Shown: positions 36,699 to 49,193 of the stretch, piece after piece
How positions within the stretch are numbered: position 1 is the stretch's first letter
Layout: the number at the start of each line of letters is the position of its first letter
Source of the DNA: Cycas panzhihuaensis
Lineage: Eukaryota > Plantae > Cycadophyta
Assembly: GCA_023213395.1 (NCBI GenBank)
Contig: CM041465.1
Coordinates: 205,351,741 to 205,415,740, forward strand
Reading direction: 5' to 3'
Length of the DNA stretch: 64,000 nucleotides
The notes under the pieces: model-generated
What the model was told of the DNA's origin: nothing
The model's input: the letters and a program-made list of their open reading frames with translations, nothing else
Database searches by the model: none
Made by a program: the position numbers and the translations under genes

Positions 36699-39600
36699 TG
36701 GTATCAGAGCAGTGTTGTATCCAAATCACTATAGTGAGGTGAAGATCCTGCTAATCTAGATTCAAGCCTATTGAGCCTATGACAAAAGCCATTTATAAAG
36801 ATTTTTTTTTATGAGCCAGATGTATGCATATGCTAGTGACATGCGCAACTGATTATAGGGTAGATGAAGCCAATCAAGCCGCATATAGGAGATACAACAA
36901 ATATTAATGGTATGTTGATTTGATATTTTATATAAACATTTTATTCATGCATGTAGGATTATATTCTCAAGGACATGCAGGTACTCAAATCAGTCCATAC
37001 GGTATTATATTATGTCCATAAGTGAAGGCTTTTGTGAGTGTCCCTTAATGGATTTGCTATCACTCATGGACCGTTCTAGAGACTGTTGTGAGTGTCTCAC
37101 AATTAGATTCACTACCAGAATGAAGACAACCCATCAATACGTATGAAGCAGGTAGTAGGCATGTATAACAACATATTAATAAGTGTTTTAATAACAATAT
37201 GAAAGGTGTGTGGCAATTTTATTTCAACATGAAAAACTTATGAGACATATAAGGGTATGATTATATTTGAAGTTGGTATTGAAGGTGTGTTTATTACAAC
37301 ATGAATTACACATACATATGAAAAAAAAGAAATGTATATGATGCATGAAAGAATTTATTATGATGGTATTATATGGATAATTTATGGTATGATGATATTA
37401 TATAATGGCATATGCGAGGGTCTAGTTTGAATATTATATACTATAATTTTGTTACAAGACAAACTACTACTATGGTTATAAAATTTTAAGCGTTATTGAA
37501 GTTTTTGCTAACTGAACTAACACAAATTACCCTACTTTATGTTTGCACCATAACGTAGGAGACATGCCCAAACCCTAGCCAACCATAAGAATAAAACCAA
37601 GCAGACCTCAGAATCCTTGGACCACCTTTGGGTTATGCATGCCAAAGATGGTACATGCTTAAATGTCTGGTCACCAACAAAACCCTTTAAATAGTATAGC
37701 TTGAGTTGGCTCTGTATGCTTTATCAATTGAAATCATGCCCAGTCGTAATTCTTATTGCAACCAAACAAATAAGTGAAATGTGAATAAAGGCATGTCTAC
37801 CTATAATCACACTGTAACCTCATAGAAAGGCTAGAGAAGGAACCCTATATATGCCCAGTCATAGTTGACTATGCCACCGCCATCATCTAAATAGGTTATG
37901 ATCCAGAGATTGCCCCTACCCACTAAACACCTATGTTATGATCTGCATCTATTTTAAACCACAAATTGCTCATTCGCCCTAGTCATGACCCTATGAATAG
38001 AGATCTCTAATCATCTATCTAGAGTGTGGTCTCGATTAGCCCAAACATGCAGATCTAACAGACACCTAAGTAGCTCTAATCCAACTATAAAGATATCTAA
38101 AATACCAAGTTAAATTGCCCTTACATTGGCATTAACACCTGGTTCATAGACTAGTGTCATCCGGACCAAGATGCCCCTGTGTAAACATAGCCAAATCGAT
38201 TGAATATAAGACATGGAATTCTTTTCTTTGTAAGAAAATTTGATGCATTTAATTTTTTTAAACCTTAAAAAATTTTACATTTGAATTAATAAATTTAAAT
38301 AGATTACATAGTTTTTTAAATCTGATTTTAGCCCCTCAAATCTTGACAAGCAGTCACATAGAATACCAATACGACCAGGGATTAATCTTAAAAGGGGTAG
38401 ACATCGAATTTGTATAAACTAAATGGGATATTTTTTTCATTTTTTAAAATTTATTTTTCATATTTGAAAAAAAAAATAGTTCTGTCATAATTTTCTTAAG
38501 GATTGCACATTATTTTATGGCATACTAACACATTTTGTGGTATAACTCATCACTCATATATCATAATCAGATGTCGTATGTTATGTTGGAAAGTAGACTT
38601 TGAGACGATCACAACGAGTGGTCACAAAACCTACTTTGGACAATAGAAAATAGAGACAATTTAGGATAAAGTTGATGCAAAGGCTTTAAACTTCATTTTG
38701 GATAAATTCCATATCAGTTTTCAGAAAACATTTAGTCAATTTTAATGTTTTTCATGGCTCCAAACATGCTAGTAAACTTATTTTTAAGGAATGATGGATT
38801 ATTATTAAAGTTTAGTTTAAAGTTAAGCGTTTTGAGGCTCATTTGTGATATTTTGAGGCCCATTTCAGTTGGAAAAAATCATTAAGTGAGAAAGATTTGA
38901 TAAAGGTATGACATAAGACATCCTTGATATGTTGGTCGTTCATTTCCCCCTTCACAACATCACATTTGGTTTAGTGGATGGTAAAACCCCTAATTAAATA
39001 TACATATCACCTAGTTATTGAAGTAGTTTTCGTTATGTAGTTAGATGTTAAGTATAATTCACCTTGCTATAGTTAACTTGCCATGGCCAAATAATTTGGT
39101 ATGGTCCTAGAGTTGATTGTTCAAGATGATCCGATTGTGAACTTAATCCAATTGATGAAACTTTGACACAACACACCAATTGTGTTGGTCCCTACAAGCA
39201 ATTTGGAAAGATGATGAACCATGTACTTGAAGCAATTTTCTAGAGAATTGGTGATTACAATGGTTGTCACCCAAGTGTTTTAGTAGATGAATATTATTTT
39301 ATATAGACTCATTTATCACTTTGCTTAATTTGATGGTTAACCTAATGTTGATCATCCAACTTAATATAAATTGAAAGCAACCACCATATAAGTGAAGATA
39401 TGAAGATGTGCACAAAACATTTCATATATATATTTGTTTATATAGGTTGATACTTGATGGAGATAAGTATATAGTTATAGGTCTTTTACAGGTTACAAAT
39501 GATTTTGATTATTAATACAGAAGCTTTGCCCAAAAGAGAGCCTTACAATATGATGAATTCACCTGTAACTTCATCATTTGCTATATACAAGATACATGAT

Positions 39601-39763
39601 ATAGGATACAAGTTATTTACAGGTTACAGTTGATATTTCTTATAGGATACAGGATACAGTTACATGATACAGATTACAGTTACAACTTATAGATTCTAGC
39701 ATACAAGATGAATACTTGAAGACTTCAGATCAAGATTCAAGGACATTAAACATTATAAGGGGG

Positions 39764-40235
39764 TGTTAAAACATAATGTTTAATGTATGTGGTATGCGTA
39801 TGCACTTCCCACCATTCACCTACTTTGAAATATATGAGATGCATACATATCCATGCTATCACATTAGTGGATGATGTAATGGTTCGTTGTATTTGATAGG
39901 CTACTCAGGAGGTTATTTTCACTATTTATATGTACATTCACCACTTGAAAACTTGAGAAATGAGAGAAGGAGAGAGGAGAAAGACGTAAACCTTATGATC
40001 ATAAGCAGAGTTCTAATTCCACCTTCTCCCATGGTTTTTCCCACAATGGGTTTTCCATATATAAATCTTAGTGGCTTGTGGTGATGATTATGTTTGATAA
40101 TGCTTGCTTGACATATTTGATGTTTGATGGTGATGTTAATTGATTCACTATGTATACATACTCATGAGTTCATATTATTGTATCTTCTTATTTTTAACAT
40201 GGTATCAGAGTAATTTTGCTATCCTACTTTTAACA
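39764..40235 (+). repeat. 3' LTR (472 bp) with internal PBS copy
   Basis: Follows the PPT; ends TAACA before the TSD. Confidence 0.93.
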
Positions 40236-41017
40236 TACTTTTAGAAAGCATTGAATTAAAAATATGAATGTTGATAATATGGGCCAAAATAAGGTGATTA
40301 AATATAGGTCATATTACTTTATCAAAAAAGAGTATAATAATTAGTCAATAATCTTCTTATAATAGAACTAAAAAAAGAGATTATCTTCATCTATAAATAT
40401 GAAGGATGTAAATCACCTGTAGATTTTTTGTAGTCATGTGTTTGAAGTTAGCCTATCCTGCTAGATACTGGATGAATAAAATACATTAAAAAAAGTGATA
40501 ATTAATAATTTAAAGTTTCCAAGTTATTGGTATGAAAAGATAATTCATGGGATGCGTAACTTTCCTCTAATATAAAATGGCATGTTTTATTAGCGGTATA
40601 GTCCATAGAATATATGGAAAAAGATTGAGGAGAGTATAAAGCTCCATGAAGGCCATGAGGATGGAGAAAAGCTAAAAGTATTAAACACACTACCATTTTG
40701 TTAAAAAAAGAGTAAAAGTAAAGGTGGTCTAGTATGGCTTAGGTAAATTCCTTTCCTAATTATAACATATGTTAGGAATAGGAAAATAACTATCCCTAAC
40801 CAAAATACACTTGATATAGAAGAATAGAAAATCAATTCAGATTTTGCTTAATTGATGCCAATCCTTTATTATATCATTATCCTTCTATGTAGCTCAATCC
40901 CTTAATATAGTTTGCTCTATTGTTATAGCCCATATCGATTATGATCTATGTATACAAAGAAAATAAATTTAATGTATAATGGAGGATTGCCTTCTCTTCT
41001 AAGATTAAAAGTAATAA

Positions 41018-41933
41018 CCCTTAAACCTATAACTTATCCTCGAGCCCCTTGGGAAGATCCTATTTAGAGGTGCTTAAATATGGTGATCTAGATGAATGTG
41101 AAATAATCCCCATCTTTTAAGATGATAAAATCAGGATACCAGTTCCCAAGAAATTAGTGGAGAAAATGGAAAGGCATTAGGATAACTATTTGGTAGGTAG
41201 GTTCTTAAGTCCTAGACCTGGCTTGGATTTAATAAGAACTTGGATAAGAAATAGATGGAGGTTAGGTAACCCAGTGGAAATCATGGCCCTCTCGAAATAT
41301 TATGTCCCATTTAATTTGGAACGCAAGAAGACATGGCTTCCATCCTACTAAAGGCTCCCTGGATGATAGGTAAGAAGGCCTTACTAATGGAGAAATAACA
41401 CTGAGTTTGATCTTGCGATGCTTATGATCAAGCAAGTTCTAGTATGGGTCTAGTTACCTAGTCTCCCCCTCTAGTTCTAGAATATGAAGGTGATAAAAGG
41501 GATGACAAAAGTTATTGGCCCCTTCCTAGTGGTCGACTCTGCTACAAGAAATAGGAGAAGATTGATAAATACCATGTTCTATGTCTTGGCCAGGATTGAC
41601 AAACCTCTTCCTAATGTAGTGTGGATTGAAATGGGAGGATGGAGCAAGGAGTAGCCTTTAGTGTATGAGTTAGAAAACTTTAAATGCTAAGTGTGTAGAA
41701 AGCTAGGTCATCTACCTCAAAGATACCTAAGGAAAGGAATGATGAGGAAGTGAGGTAGGAGATCCCCACTCAAAAGGACACATGGTCTAAAAAGGGGGAG
41801 ACCCAAGAGGTGAGAAGCCCAAGGAACCAGTGTGAGGAAGGTGAAATTCAAGAGATGAGAAGTCCTTAAAATACCTATTAGGGTGATGAGGAAGATAAAC
41901 TAGGTTTTAACCCTGAGATGGAGGATAGCTTTG
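41018..41933 (+). pseudogene. LINE ORF1, 5' part (DUF4283-like domain plus CCHC knuckle)
   Basis: NYLVGRFLSPRPGLDLIRTWIRNRW, APWMIG, VWV*LPSLPL, C*VCRKLGHL. Confidence 0.85.
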
Positions 41934-42563
41934 TGATCCAGGAGGATCTATCATATGTCTAAAGGAGGCAAAAAATGCTAAGCATTGTTACAAATGAAAG
42001 AAATAGGACCAAATGGTGTCAAACTAACATGAAATTTTATAGAGAGGAAGAAGACATATCCCACTACATATTTGAAAAATATGGGGTTCAAAAAATATCA
42101 TTTGATTAGATTGCGAGCCTTGTTTTATAGAAAATTGATCTCACATCCAACAGAAAAATAACAAATACATAATATTATTAAATCAATGAAAATATAGACA
42201 AATGATATCCTAATGAGCTAAAATTTTGAGGAAGTAAAGGAGACATACATATCTATATGTGTACCAAAGTTTATCTAAATTGGAGTTTGTTAGCCCTAGG
42301 TACTAAGCTGTAACTTTTTGGAATTGCATGAATGCCACTTGGATAACATGCATTCTGGTTGTTAGTACTTTTATGATTACCACTTGTTAATTATGCATTT
42401 TAGGTTTCTTTCTATAAATTAAGCCCTCTTGAACTCATCTATGATATGGGAGACTTGGTTCTTGTATGTGAAAGACACTTGACTTGGGAGCATCATTCAG
42501 GAAGCACTTAGAGAGTTGGAGGCCCTCTTATGGTATAATTATATCATCTATTCCTTGTAACTT
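41934..42563 (+). repeat. CRM-like 5' LTR, 3'-truncated
   Basis: Colinear with 47924-~48558. Confidence 0.92.
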
Positions 42564-43230
42564 CTCTATTTAATGGTGGAGAAAACAACTAGAAAAAGAA
42601 TTATCAAGTTACAAGGAATAGATGATACAATTATGCCATAAGGGGGCCTCCAACCCTCCAAGTTCTTCCTCAATGATGCTCCTAAGTCAAGTGTCTTTCA
42701 TATACCAGAACCAAGTCTCCTACATCATAAATGAGCTTAAGAGGGCTCAATTTATAGAAAGAAACCCAAAATGTATGTTTAACAAGTGGCAATCATGCAA
42801 GTACAACCACTAACAACTAGAATGCATGTTGTCCAAGTGGCATTCATGTAATTTTGAAAAGTTACTACTTGGTACCTAGGGCTAACAAACTCCAATTTGG
42901 GTTAAATTTGGTAGACATATAGGTACATATGTCCCTTTTATTTTCTCAAAAATTTAGCTTATTTGGATATCATTTGACCCTATTTTAATTGATTTAATAA
43001 TAGTATATATTTGTTATTTTTCTGTTGGTTGTAGGATCAATTTTCTGTAAAATAAGGCTTGCAATCTAATCAAATGATATTTTTTGAACCCTACTAGTAA
43101 TGGGATGTGTCTTATTCTTCTCCATAAAATTTCATATTAGTTTGACACCATTTGGCCCCACTTCTTTCATCTATGCCAATGCCTTACATTTTCTGCCTCC
43201 TGTAGACATATGGTAGATCCTCTTAGATCA
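42563..43230 (-). repeat. CRM-like LTR, inverted and truncated; its PPT lies at 43231-43245
   Basis: Reverse complement of 47924-~48603; TGGCTCCCCTTCCTT is the reverse-strand PPT. Confidence 0.92.
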
Positions 43231-43249
43231 TGGCTCCCCTTCCTTGGAA

Positions 43250-46200
43250 AATAGCCAACTCCTATTTAGCTTAGAATTAAAGATGGGGAAAGTGGTATTC
43301 CCCTTGTTGCCTATTAAACCACTTGGCCTTACTAGGCAACAGTCCTACTACTCCAATCCTAAAAGATTCATGTGTCTTATATCTTGTTTTGGTGGATTTT
43401 CTCTCCAAGATACAATCCTCCTTGAGAGGCTCCTCACTTTCCAAATACAAGTTATCAACTGAAGGTAAAGTGAATTAATCCTGCTCCTCATCTAGCATGG
43501 AGGGATCAAAGAGTTTTAAATATTTATCATTTACTACTGAATATATTTGCATATAAGGTGGAAGATCAAGTTGAAAAGCATCGCTACCTACTTTTCTCGA
43601 AATCTTGAATGGTGCATACCTTATAGGTTTGAGTTTCTTGACTTCTCCTTTTAACCTCTCCTTGCTCAAGTCTAACCATAACAAATCTCCTTATTGAAAA
43701 GTATACTCTTGCCTTTACTTGTCATGTCTTTCCTTGTACATTTACCAAGTCCTTAGAAGTTGATCATGTACTTCTTTGTGGACTCTCTAGATCTTCTCCA
43801 AGTATCTTAAAGCCTTGTCATGCCCCTCCTTCTCTTTGGTAGATCCTTCCTTAGCTTGTATGGAAAACTCTTAAGTCAAATGGACTTTCAGGCAAGTATC
43901 CCAAACAAACTTCAAAAGGTACCTTAGAGTGTGATACATGCATTGCCCTATTAAATTCAAATTGTAGAAAAGCCAATTATTCATCCTAAGTCTTTGGATG
44001 TTTGGAATTATATCCCCTTAACAAATATACCAAAGTTCTATTTACTACTTCAGTTTTTCCATCTATTTGAGGATGGAAACTTGTACTCATTTTCAATTTA
44101 GTGTCCATCATCTCCCATAGTGTCTTCCAAAATAATGAAAAGAATTGAGTGTCCTAATCTAAAATGATAGAAGGAGGCAAGCTAAAATTCTTCCATACAT
44201 GCTCAAAGAACAACTCAGTTGCCCCTATTCTTGTGATTGTCTTCTTACAAGGTATTAAATATATCATTTTGTTAAACCTATCTACAACAACAAAGAGATA
44301 GTCATGTCCTTTTCTAGTCATAGGAAGTCCACCTAAGAAATCTATGGAGATATGTTCCCAAGGCTTAGTGGGAATAGGTAGTGGTGTATACAATCCTAAT
44401 TTTCTAGAAGAAATTACACATCCTTTTACATATATTCTTACATCATTTTACATCTTTGACCATATAACATATCTTCTCAAGTTTTCTAAAGTCTTTTCTA
44501 TACCAAAGTGGAGAGCTACTTTAGAAGTATGGGCTTCTCTAAGCCACTTGATCTTATCTCCTTTTGATGGAACATAGAGTTGCTCCCCTTTGAAAAGTAG
44601 ACCATCCTTCCAAATAAGCTGGGAAGGTCTTCCTTTCACTAGGTTCTCTAATTCTTCCTTCAAGGCTTTATCTTCATGGTAATAGTCTTTATACTCTTCA
44701 TGATACATTGGCTCCACCTATAAACTCATAACAGAACTACAAACAAAAGTAGAAGAAGAAGAAGTGGAACAAGGTGGTCTAGATAACATATTAGCAATTT
44801 TGTTAATAGATTCTTTTTTGTACTTAATTATAATATTGAATTTTTGTAAATAACTCATCCACTTCATGTGTCTTACTTATTATAATTTATTTTAGGTTTG
44901 CAAAAATTGAAGAGGCTTATGATTAGTATGAACTACAACCTCTTTTCCAAGTAAGTAGGACCTCCAATACTTGCATGCTTGATGTAGTGCAAATATTTCC
45001 CGATTGTATGTTTGGTAGTTTTTCACTTAAGAGGTGAAGACTTCTAAATGGTAAGCAATAAGCTTCCCATCTTGAATAAGGACAACTCCTATCATATTTC
45101 CACTTGCATCAACTTCTACTTCAAAAGGCCTTTGCAAATTTTGCATTATCAAAACTGGTGCTTCACAAATTTTCTTCTTTAAAAGAAGAAAAGCTTCTTC
45201 CTCCTTGAAGCCCCAAGGAAACTTTTTACTAACTTTTGTCAATCCATGTAGAGGTGCTACAACCTATGAGAAATGAAGAATAAACTTTCTCAAGTATTGG
45301 CAAGCTCCTAAAAAACTTCTCACCTCCATGGTATTTGCTGGCATAGGCCATTTGAGGATGGCTTGAGTCTTGAGTGGATTGATGCTCAACCTTCCTCTTC
45401 CAACCACAAAACCTAAGAAGACCAAGTTCTCCTTCCCAAATTCACACTTCTTCACATTAAGCTTTAAATGATGCTTAGCCAAAGTCTTCAAAACTTCTTC
45501 TATGTGCTGTAAATGTTCCTCCTATATGTTGCTACAAATCAAAATATTATTAAGATAAACAACAACAAAATTATCCAAGTAAGGCCTTAACACTTCATTC
45601 ATTAGCATCATGAATGTTGCAGGAGCATTACACAATCTGAAATACATAACCATCCATTCAAAGAGTCCTTGCTTTGTTTTGAAGGCCTTCTTCCATGTGT
45701 CCTCCTCTTTGACCTTAACTTGATGATAACTACTTTTCAAATCTAACTTAGTAAAATAACTAGCATGCTAAATTTGATCAAGCAAATCATCAATGTGAAG
45801 CAAGGGGTAGTGATTTTTAATTGTGATTTTATTTAAAGCATGAAAGTCTACATATATTCTCCATCCTCTATCCTTCTTAGGCACTAAGACAGTTGGTGAC
45901 CCACAAGGTGAACATGAAGGTCTTATGACCCCTTGATCAAGCAACTCCTCAACTTGCCTCTTTATCTCATTATTCTCTACAATAGAGTGATTATACAAAG
46001 TAACATTAGGCAATGGTCTATCTCCTACAAGAGTGATTTCATGCTCTTTCTCTTTGGTGGTAGCCCATCAACATGCTAAAAGAGAATATCATACCTTCTC
46101 TTCAAGTCCTCAATTTATTGCATTTGTTTAGATGATATAAGAAGATTGTGAGTAGAAGGGCCTCCTTCATCTCTTGGATCATCTTTTCTCCTTACCATTA

Positions 46201-46830
46201 AGATGATAAATTTACCACATGCATTGATCATCCTTTTTGCTTGAGTGGTTGAAATGAATATCATCTTATCCAAGTGCTTCTTTGTATCCTTTATGATGAA
46301 GCCCTTATTATTCTTTATCAATTGATACTTTCTCTCTCTTCGATAGAAGAGTGCATCTTGATCCCACAAGTAGGGACTCCTAAGGACAACATGGCATACA
46401 TCTAATGGTACCACATCACATATCATTTTATTAATAAAATCATTAATGATGAAAAATTTAAGTGTACTTTGCTTTGATATTTGCATTTCTATATCTTTAT
46501 GGATCCAGCCAAGAGGATATGGGTGAGGGTGAGGAGTAATTACCAACCTAAGGCTCTTTACCAAATTTTCTGAGATCAAATTCTTTTGGCTCCCCAGATC
46601 TATAATAGCACCAATAACATTATTTCCTACTTGAAGCTTCAAGTAAAATAATTCCTCCCTTGTAGTATCATCTCCATAATTTATAAGTAGAGTAACATTT
46701 TCTTCTTCTCCTTCACTTTGAAGCTCCACCTCAAAAAGTAGTGCTTTCCCTTTTTCCTTCTTTCTTGATTCTATATCCTTGATATCCTATGGCTTTAGCT
46801 CTGGATGCAACTTCCAACACTTTGTTGCTT
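43250..46830 (-). pseudogene. Gypsy gag(C-term)-PR-RT-RH-INT, disrupted
   Basis: ORFs 46115..46729 (IIDLGSQKNLIS...PHPHPYPLGWI), 45768..46013, 45522..45740 and 45264..45491 (RT), 45027..45242 (RH, VEVDASG), 44154..44393 and 43475..43684 (integrase). Ends at the gag knuckle CWKLHP ~46800-46820. Confidence 0.95.
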
Positions 46831-47883
46831 CCCATGACTAGAAAAATACATGACTATATCTTTGTTTTTGTAAATAGGTTCATCAAAATGATATGTTTAA
46901 TACCTTATAAGATGATAATCATAGGAATAAGGGTAACCAAGTTGTTCTTTGAGCATATATGGAAGAATTTTGGCTTGCCTTATTCAATCATTTCAGATTA
47001 GGACACTCCATTCCTTTCATCATTTTGGAAGACATTATGGTAAATGATGGATACCAAATTGAAGAGGAGTACAAGTTTTCATCCTTAAACAAATGGATAA
47101 ACTAAAGTAGTGAATAGAACTTTAGTATATTTGTTGAGGGGATACAATTCCAAGCATCCAAAGACTTGGGATGAATCATTGGCTTTTCTACAATTTATAT
47201 TTAATAGGGCAATGCATGCATCACACTCTAAAGCACATTTTAAAATTTTTTTGGGATACTTGCCTCAAAGTCCATTTGACTTAGTGTTTTCCATACAAGC
47301 TAAGGAAGGATCTGTGAAAGAGAAGGAGGGGCATAACAAGGCTTTAAGATACTTAGAGAAGATCCAGAGAGTCCATAAAGAAGTGCATGATCAACTTTTA
47401 AGGACTCAACAAAAGTACAAAGAAAGACATGGCAAGCATAGGCAAGAGTATACTTTTCAAGAAGGAGATTTGGTATGGTTATACTTGAGCAAGGAGAGGT
47501 TAAAAGGAGAAGACAAGAAACTCAAACCTATAAGGTATGGACCATTCAAGATTTTGAGAAAAGTAGGTGGCAAAGCTTTTCAACTTGATCTTCCACCTTG
47601 TATGTAAATATATTCAGTAGTAAATGCTAAATATTTAAAACTCTTTGAGACCTCCATGATAGATGAGGAGTAGGAATAGTTCACTTTACCTTCAGTTGAT
47701 GACTTATATTTGGAAAATGAGGAGACTCTCAAGGAGGATTGTATCTTGGAGAGAAAATCCACCAAAATAAGATGTAAGACACATGAATCTTTTAGGATTG
47801 GAGTAGTATGATAGTTGCCTAGTAAGGCCAAGTAGTTTAATAGGAAACAAGGGGAATAACACTTCCTCCATCTTCAATTCTAA
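46828..47883 (+). pseudogene. Second, forward copy of the integrase C-terminal half with a degenerate chromodomain-like tail
   Basis: ORFs 46789..47001 and 47110..47607 mirror 44154..44393 and 43475..43684; ORF 47704..47910(-) is near identical to 43244..43462(+). Confidence 0.93.
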
Positions 47884-47923
47884 GCTAAATAGGAGTTGGC
47901 TATTTTCCAAGAAAAGAGAGCCA

Positions 47924-48797
47924 TGATCTAGGAGGATCTACCATATGTCTACAAGAGGCAGAAAATGCTAGGCATTGGCACAAATGAAAGAAGTAGTGAC
48001 AAATGGTATCAAACTAATATGAAATTTTATGGAGAGGAAGAAGACACATCCCACTACATATTTACAAAAGGTAAGGTTCAAAAAATATCATTTGATTAGA
48101 TTGCAAGCCTTATTTTTTAGAAATTTGATCCCACATCCAACGGAAAAATGGCAAATACATACTATTATTAAATCAATGAAAAATGAGGGAATATGATATC
48201 CAAATAAGCTAACTTTTTGAGGAAGTAAAGGGGACATGTGTACCTATATGTGTACCAAATTTGAGACAAATTAGAGTTTTTTATCCCTAAGTACCAAGCT
48301 GCAACTTTTTAAAATTACATGAATGCCACTTGGACAACATGCATTCTAGTTGTTAGTGGTTGTACTTACATGATTACCACTTGTTAAACATGCATTTTAG
48401 GTTTCTTTTATAAATTGAGCCCTCTTGAGCTCATTTACGATGTGGGAGACTTGGTTCTTATATATGAAAGACACTTGACTTGGGAGCATCATTGAGGAAG
48501 CACTTGGAGGGTTAAAGGCCCCCTTATGGTATAATTGTATCATCTATTCCTTGTAATTTAACCATTCTTTTACTAGTTATTTTCTCCACCATTAAATGGA
48601 GATTTTTCTAGTTTAATAAAAGTATTATTCTTCTTACTTTGGATAAATGGTAAGTATGAATGATTTGGTATAGAATTTCCTTTTATGGGCTCATTCTTAT
48701 ATTAATGTTATTAGGAAGTTTACACTAACATCCTAAGATCTCAAGGAGAAAGGTTGGTAATTGATTTGTTTACCAATTACACTCAACTTTGGGATCA
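47924..48797 (+). repeat. CRM-like 3' LTR (874 bp)
   Basis: PPT AAGAAAAGAGAG at ~47909-47920; TGATC...GATCA termini. Confidence 0.9.
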
Positions 48798-48802
48798 CCT
48801 TG

Positions 48803-49176
48803 ATGAGGAGGGTGAGGAGATTCAAGCCCCTAAAAAGAGAGTTGAGGAAGGTGCTCCTTCTCAGGAGGATAAGGCCACTATGGAACCTAATCTGAGAGGG
48901 AGTTAGGTAGGATTAGAAGAGTCGGAAAGGGAGGGGATTAAGGAGATAGCCCCCTAGGAGGAGCAGAGAATGATGGACTAGAAAAAAGGACCGAATGTAG
49001 GATCTAAAAGGAGAGTAGGGAGACCCCCACTAAAGATCCTAAGAGTAATGGAAACAATCTCTCAAATTGATCAGGGCAAGCAAAAGACTCTAAAGGACAG
49101 TTTTCTGGAAGGACCTAAGCTAAGATCAAAGGAGGAGACCTACAAAGACTCCAAAGAGAAGGGAGGGGAGATTTGA
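48803..49176 (+). pseudogene. LINE ORF1, 3' part
   Basis: Purine-rich E/K/R coding-like sequence resuming after the TSD and ending just before the ORF2 ATG. Confidence 0.7.
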
Positions 49177-49193
49177 AAACCTAGGATAAGGAG

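Larger units (their letters stand above)
36226..40235 (+). mobile_element. Non-autonomous LTR retroelement (iMet PBS, no coding capacity)
   Basis: LTRs 36226-36698 and 39764-40235 (TGTTAAAA...TTTTAACA); TSD TCCTT/TACTT (4/5); PBS TGGTATCAGAGC 36699-36710; PPT AAGGGGG 39757-39763; no ORF >=60 aa in the internal region. Confidence 0.93.
41934..48797. mobile_element. Rearranged Ty3/Gypsy chromovirus (CRM-like) with three LTR copies and an internal inversion
   Basis: Termini TGATCC...GGATCA; TSD CTTTG (41929-33) / CCTTG (48798-802). LTR copies: + 41934-42563 (partial), - 42563-43230 (partial), + 47924-48797 (full). Confidence 0.9.

Noticed and set aside
36226-40235. Retrozyme
   Set aside because: No hammerhead core found in either LTR on either strand.
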